DNA of 64,000 nucleotides from an uncultured delta proteobacterium (GTDB lineage Bacteria > Myxococcota_A > UBA9160 > UBA4427): assembly GCA_963822965.1 (NCBI GenBank), contig CAWGJT010000009.1, positions 192,001 through 256,000 on the forward strand. Direction: 5' to 3'. Below the pieces are notes generated by a model. That model was not told the DNA's origin. It made no database searches and saw nothing but the letters and a program-made list of their open reading frames with translations. Numbering within the stretch: position 1 is the stretch's first letter; each line of letters opens with the position of its first letter. Shown here one piece after another: positions 59,647-64,000 of this stretch. The translations under genes and the position numbers were made by a program.

Positions 59647-60267
59647 ATGACGGCGATCCGCCCGTTCCTCGTCGCCGTGCTCGGTATCCTGAGCGCCTTC
59701 GTGCTCTTCTGGGTGATGCAGGCGCTGGTGAGCGTCAAGGGCGAGCTGAAGGAGTCGACCGGCAAGCTCACGGTCGACTTCGTGCGCCTGCGCAAGGACA
59801 CCACCCCGCCGATGAAGGAGCGCGAGCCCCCGAGGCGGGAGAAGCCCGAGCAGCCGCCGCCGCCGCCCGAGATGAACATGGCGCAGAACCTGAAGCCCGG
59901 GGACACGGTGGGCGAGATCGTCCCGATGATCGACACGGGCATGGAGCTGGAGAGCTCCACCAGCCTCGGCGTCGGCGGAACGGATCGCGACGTCGTTCCG
60001 CTCGTGCGCGTGGACCCCGAGTACCCGCCCCGGGCGCAGCAGCAGCGCATCGGGGGCTGGGTGGAGGTCTCGTTCACCATCACCCCCGTCGGCACCGTGG
60101 ACGACATCAAGGTGACCGGATCCGATCCGCCCTACGTGTTCGACCGGGCGGTGGTCGAGGCGGTGCGCAAGTGGCGCTACAACCCGAAGATCGAGGACGG
60201 CAAGGCGGTCGCCCGCAAGAACCAGAGGGTGCGCCTGCGCTTCGACCCGAGGGCCAGCTCACGATGA
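59647..60267 (+). CDS. tonB: Energy transducer TonB (short TonB2-type)
   Basis: TM helix, PPPPP linker, PEYPPRAQQQRIGGWVEVSFTI...AVRKWRYNP. Confidence 0.92.
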   Translation: MTAIRPFLVAVLGILSAFVLFWVMQALVSVKGELKESTGKLTVDFVRLRKDTTPPMKEREPPRREKPEQPPPPPEMNMAQNLKPGDTVGEIVPMIDTGMELESSTSLGVGGTDRDVVPLVRVDPEYPPRAQQQRIGGWVEVSFTITPVGTVDDIKVTGSDPPYVFDRAVVEAVRKWRYNPKIEDGKAVARKNQRVRLRFDPRASSR

Positions 60268-61558
60268 GATCGCGTGCGACGGCAATGCTGACGCTGCTCC
60301 TGCTCGCGGTCCCGATCGTGCAGGGGGTGGTCCTGCCCCGGCAGGCGGTCGCGCAGGCCGCCGAGGACAAGGTGCCCCAGGCGGAGCTGGACGAGGTGGA
60401 TCTCCAGCACAAGCTGCGACGCGGCCAGTACCGGCTGGACTCGCGCATCTCGCGCTACCTCGAAGCGGCCATCGAGGACTTCCACGAAGGCAAGCCCGAA
60501 GAGGGCGAAGGAGCTGCTCGCTCGGCTCAAGGTCGACCGCCTGAATCCCTGGGAGCGCGCGCAGATCTTCAAGCTCAGGGCCTTCATGGACTATGGGACG
60601 GCCAACTACGCCGGCGCCATCGAGAACTTCCAGAAGGTGCTGCAAGAGCAGGTCATGCCCGTGAAGGACGAGATCGAGCTGCGCTTCAGCATCGCCCAGC
60701 TCTACGCCGCGCGAGCAGAAGTGGAAGGAGTGCATCGCGGCGCTCCAGGACTGGCTGCGCTACGTCGCCGAGCCCGAGCCCCTCGCCTTCTACCTGCTGG
60801 CCGTCGCGCACTTCCAGCTCGAGGAGTACGACAAGGCGATCGAGTATGCGGAGACGGCGGTCGACATGGCGCCCGAGCCGAAGGAAGGCTGGCTGCAGCT
60901 GCTCGCCGCCCTCTACGTGCGACAGCAGGACTACGAGCGGGCGGGACCGGTCTTCGAGGAGCTGGTGACGCGCTTCCCGAAGAAGGAGTACTGGGTCCAG
61001 CTCTCGCTGATCTACGGCGCGCGCGAGGACTACCGGAACTCCCTGGCGGTCCAGCAGATCGCGTACGAGCAGGGGCTGCTCACCGAGGACAAGGAGCTCC
61101 GGCGCCTGGCGCGCTCGTACCTGTTCAAGAGCCTGCCCTATCCGGCGGCCAAGGTGCTCGAGAAGGGCATCCAGAGCGGCAAGATCAAGGTCGACTCCGA
61201 AGCCTACGAGATGCTCGCAAACTCCTGGATCGCCGCGCGGGAGTACGAGAAGGCGATCGAGCCGTTGACCAAGGCCGCCGATCTCGCGGACGACGGCAAG
61301 CTCTACATCCGACTCGGGCAGGTCTACATGCAGCGCGAAGAATGGGGCGAGGCCGCTCGACTCTTCCGGAAGGCCCTCGCGAAGGGGGGGCTCCCGGATC
61401 CCGGGCAGGCCCAGCTCCTGCTCGGCATCTCCTACTACAACAACCAGCAGGTCGATCCGGCGCGACAGGCCTTCCGGCGGGCCCGTGAGCACGAGTCCAG
61501 CCGCAAGCAGGCCGACGCCTGGATCGGTCACATCGCCAGGGAAACCGAGGCGGGCTGA
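60264..61558 (+). CDS. Periplasmic TPR protein (TtpD-like), frameshifts near 60510 and 60715
   Basis: ATGA overlap with tonB; RFPKKEYWVQLS; collinear with 37324-38646. Confidence 0.85.
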
Positions 61559-61624
61559 TCCCCGCCACCCGGCTTGAGCGCCGCCCCCCCGCGACCTATC
61601 GTGACCCCAACGATCGGAGCGCAC

Positions 61625-62299
61625 ATGAGGGGCTCCATCCACCTCGCTTCGCTGGCGCTGGCGACGCTCACGGTCGCGTGTGTCTCTCCCTCTCCCGTCG
61701 ACGTCGTCGTCGACTCCCGCACGGACTTCTCGCGCTATCGCACCTGGACCTGGCTCCCCGGCGAGGAGATCGACATCGACGCACCCGGGTCGCCGGCGGC
61801 GGAGCTGGCGAGTCGGGTCCACGCGAGCATCGAGCGCGGGCTGCGGAGCCGGGGGTTCGAGCGGAGCGGCACCGGGGCGGACTTCTTCGTCAGCTGCCGG
61901 CTGACGCTGCGTCGCCGCGAGGGCTACGTCGAGGTTCCGTTCGCGCCCTATCTCTTCTCGAGCCTCAGCTCCTCGGCGTCCTATTGGATCGAGGGCTCGT
62001 CGCGAGAGTCCCGGAGCTACGAAGACCTGCAGCTCGAGATCGGCATCCACACGGCGCCGGGGCCCGCGGTCTGGCGGGCCGCCACCTTCCGGAGCGTGGA
62101 GGTCGGCCGCCGCCTGCCCGTGCGCGAGGCCGTCGAGATGCTGCTCGAACACCTGCCCCAGGGCGCTCCCGAATCCGACTCGCCGAAGCAGCGGTCGACG
62201 CCGGAGCCCCCGAGCACTCCACCGGAGTCCCCGCGGAACGGCGGCGATCGGCTGGCGCTCGGGGGGCGGCTGCTGACCGGCCCGCACACCGCTCTCTGA
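61625..62299 (+). CDS. DUF4136-like lipoprotein
   Basis: LTVAC lipobox; DFSRYRTWTW; IERGLRSRGF..ADFFV; AVWRA. Confidence 0.75.
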   Translation: MRGSIHLASLALATLTVACVSPSPVDVVVDSRTDFSRYRTWTWLPGEEIDIDAPGSPAAELASRVHASIERGLRSRGFERSGTGADFFVSCRLTLRRREGYVEVPFAPYLFSSLSSSASYWIEGSSRESRSYEDLQLEIGIHTAPGPAVWRAATFRSVEVGRRLPVREAVEMLLEHLPQGAPESDSPKQRSTPEPPSTPPESPRNGGDRLALGGRLLTGPHTAL

Positions 62300-62411
62300 C
62301 GGAGGCGGTCGATTGCGGGGGGTGCAGGCTCCCGATACCGTTCGACGACCACCCGCTTCCCGCCCTTCGGGACCACCGTCGGAACCACGAATCAGGGGAC
62401 TGGAATCTTCG

Positions 62412-62951
62412 ATGAAGGTCAGCTTCGAGCTCAGCGAGAGCGACATCCGCTACTTCCGCGACCGGCTTCTCCAGGCGCGTTCGAAGGGCGCCGCGCAGGA
62501 CGAGGACCGGGTGATCCGACGCGCCGCGAAGCTGGTGCAGAAGGCTGCCACCGCGAATCCCCCCGAGTTCGTCATCGAGCGTCTCGGGAAGCTCGACCAG
62601 CTGACCGGCATGCTGCTCGACGAGGAGTGGCGGCTGGAGGGCCGCGATCGCGCCCGCATCCTCAACGCGCTGGCGTACTTCGCTGAAGAAGAGGACCTCA
62701 TCCCCGACCGGGTCCCCGGGCTCGGATATCTCGACGACGCGATCATGGTCGAGCTCGTGATGCAGGAGCTCAAGCACGAGATCGAGGCCTACGACGATTT
62801 CTGCAAGCTGCGAAAGACGGGACCCAACGCCAAGAGTCAGGCCAAGCGCGAAGCGCGCAGGAAGGCCCTCCAGGCGAGGATGCGCAGGCGCCTGCGGCGC
62901 GATCGGGAGCCGCACGGCGGAAGCCGCAAGCCGCCCCTGCGCCTCTGGTAG
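62412..62951 (+). CDS. YkvA/DUF1232 family protein
   Basis: ALAYFAEEEDLIPDRVPGLGYLDDAIMV. Confidence 0.85.
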   Translation: MKVSFELSESDIRYFRDRLLQARSKGAAQDEDRVIRRAAKLVQKAATANPPEFVIERLGKLDQLTGMLLDEEWRLEGRDRARILNALAYFAEEEDLIPDRVPGLGYLDDAIMVELVMQELKHEIEAYDDFCKLRKTGPNAKSQAKREARRKALQARMRRRLRRDREPHGGSRKPPLRLW

Positions 62952-62999
62952 CCGCCTGTCGCGCGAGCAGTGCCCGGGGTGCGAGGAACGTGCAGCGGG

Positions 63000-63329
63000 C
63001 TAGAAGTCGCCCAGTGGACGCTGGAACGCGTTCTCGCTCGGGATGAGGATGAACTTCTCGAGTGCCTGGTGCATCGCATCCTTGCCGTTCGGAGACGTGA
63101 GAATCACCGCCGGTACGAAGAATGCGGCGCCGACTGCCACGGCGATCGTCGCCAGCGGTCGCACCACCACGACGTCGATGCCCACGGCGAAGCTGCGCTC
63201 GGCCATGCTGCGCGAATCGCTCTCGTCGGCCCGCGCCAGGGCCGGCTGCAGCAGGCACAGGGAGGTCGCCGTCAACAGGATGGCCCACCGGATTCCGGGG
63301 CGGGCGCGGGATCGGTCGGCTCTACGCAT
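63000..63329 (-). CDS. Small secreted/membrane helical-hairpin protein, paralog of 3932-4219
   Basis: Signal ..ARA/D; IDVVVVRPLATIAVAVGAAFF...FQRPLGDF. Confidence 0.8.
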   Translation of the reverse strand: MRRADRSRARPGIRWAILLTATSLCLLQPALARADESDSRSMAERSFAVGIDVVVVRPLATIAVAVGAAFFVPAVILTSPNGKDAMHQALEKFILIPSENAFQRPLGDF

Positions 63330-63380
63330 GGTGCTCGACGGTAGCAGATCCCCGGGGCGGCCGGACGCGGGGGGGCCGCC

Positions 63381-64000
63381 GTGAGGCGCGTGCTGCTCGC
63401 GTATGCGATCTCGGGCTTCGTCAGCCTGGCCTACCAGGTGGCGTGGTTCCGGATCTTCAACGACCGCTTCGGCTCCACGAACGTCACGTTCGCGCTGGTG
63501 GTCGCCAACTTCATCGGCGGTCTCGCCGTCGGCTCGATCGCCAGCCGACGGGTGAGCCGACTCTGGGCGCGGCTCCCCGGCCTCTCCGAGGGCCTGCGGG
63601 TGTACGGCGCCTTCGAGCTGGCCGTCGCGCTCGCCATCGGCATCACCTTCGCGACCGCGTACCTGCCCGGCGACCTGTGGGGCCACTTCCCCTACGTGCT
63701 GAAGGACGGCATCTGGGAGCACACGATCCGCTACCGGCTCTTCGAGGCCGCCGCGGCCGCCGCCTGCGTCTTCGTTCCGTGCTTCTTCATGGGCGTCACC
63801 TACCCGCTGCTGTGCGACCGCTTTCGCGCGCATCCCTCCGGCGCGCGCTTCCCGGCCGCCCTCTACGCCTGGAACACCCTCGGCGCCTGCAGCGGCGTGC
63901 TCGCCTGCCAGTTCCTCTTCCTTCCGCACCTCGGACACGACGCCACCCTGGCCTGGACGGCCGGAGCCAACGCGCTGCTCGGTGCCGCCTTCCTGCTCGT
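63381..64000 (+). CDS. Fused MFS-like/spermidine synthase-type membrane protein, N-terminal part (runs off window end)
   Basis: Manual translation: VRRVLLAYAISGFVSLAYQVAWFR..FGST..GGLAVGS..YGAFEL..PCFFMGVTYPLL..LYAWNTLGACSG. Confidence 0.8.
   Translation, partial: MRRVLLAYAISGFVSLAYQVAWFRIFNDRFGSTNVTFALVVANFIGGLAVGSIASRRVSRLWARLPGLSEGLRVYGAFELAVALAIGITFATAYLPGDLWGHFPYVLKDGIWEHTIRYRLFEAAAAAACVFVPCFFMGVTYPLLCDRFRAHPSGARFPAALYAWNTLGACSGVLACQFLFLPHLGHDATLAWTAGANALLGAAFLL

Noticed and set aside
1..64000. rRNA, tRNA, integrase, exosortase or exbD genes
   Set aside because: Looked for by eye and none recognised. A covariance-model or HMM search would be needed to exclude small RNAs or very diverged members.

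Overview
High-GC bacterial DNA (Gram-negative, Myxococcota/deltaproteobacteria-like by gene content; this is an inference). Many genes carry small indels that are probably consensus errors. The window has three layers. (1) A cell-envelope locus containing two diverged copies (27.3-42.1 kb and 46.3-61.6 kb) of the same 10-gene cluster: long TPR lipoprotein, Thr-type sulfatase-fold enzyme, TonB-dependent receptor, beta-barrel-like protein, GT-C-like polytopic membrane protein and a DUF3450/TtpC/ExbB/TonB/TPR operon. Both copies lack exbD. (2) A family of secreted Gly/Thr-rich proteins with IPTL-CTERM-like (exosortase-type) tails: three tandem copies at 4.5-8.0 kb, a fourth at 44.9-46.0 kb and a fragment at 25.8-26.0 kb. 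Each locus lies near a helical-repeat (D-P-x-A-A-x-x-W) protein gene. Both full-length loci share a sigma-54-type promoter, paired GGAA-N6-TTCC boxes and a strong terminator. (3) A ~16 kb steroid/lipid-catabolism block with several deletion remnants, bracketed by a near-identical 1.3 kb direct repeat. The best candidate for an undescribed system is the duplicated TonB/TBDR/TPR/transferase cluster acting in export or modification of the exosortase-tagged surface proteins. No rRNA, tRNA, CRISPR, transposase or integrase was recognised.
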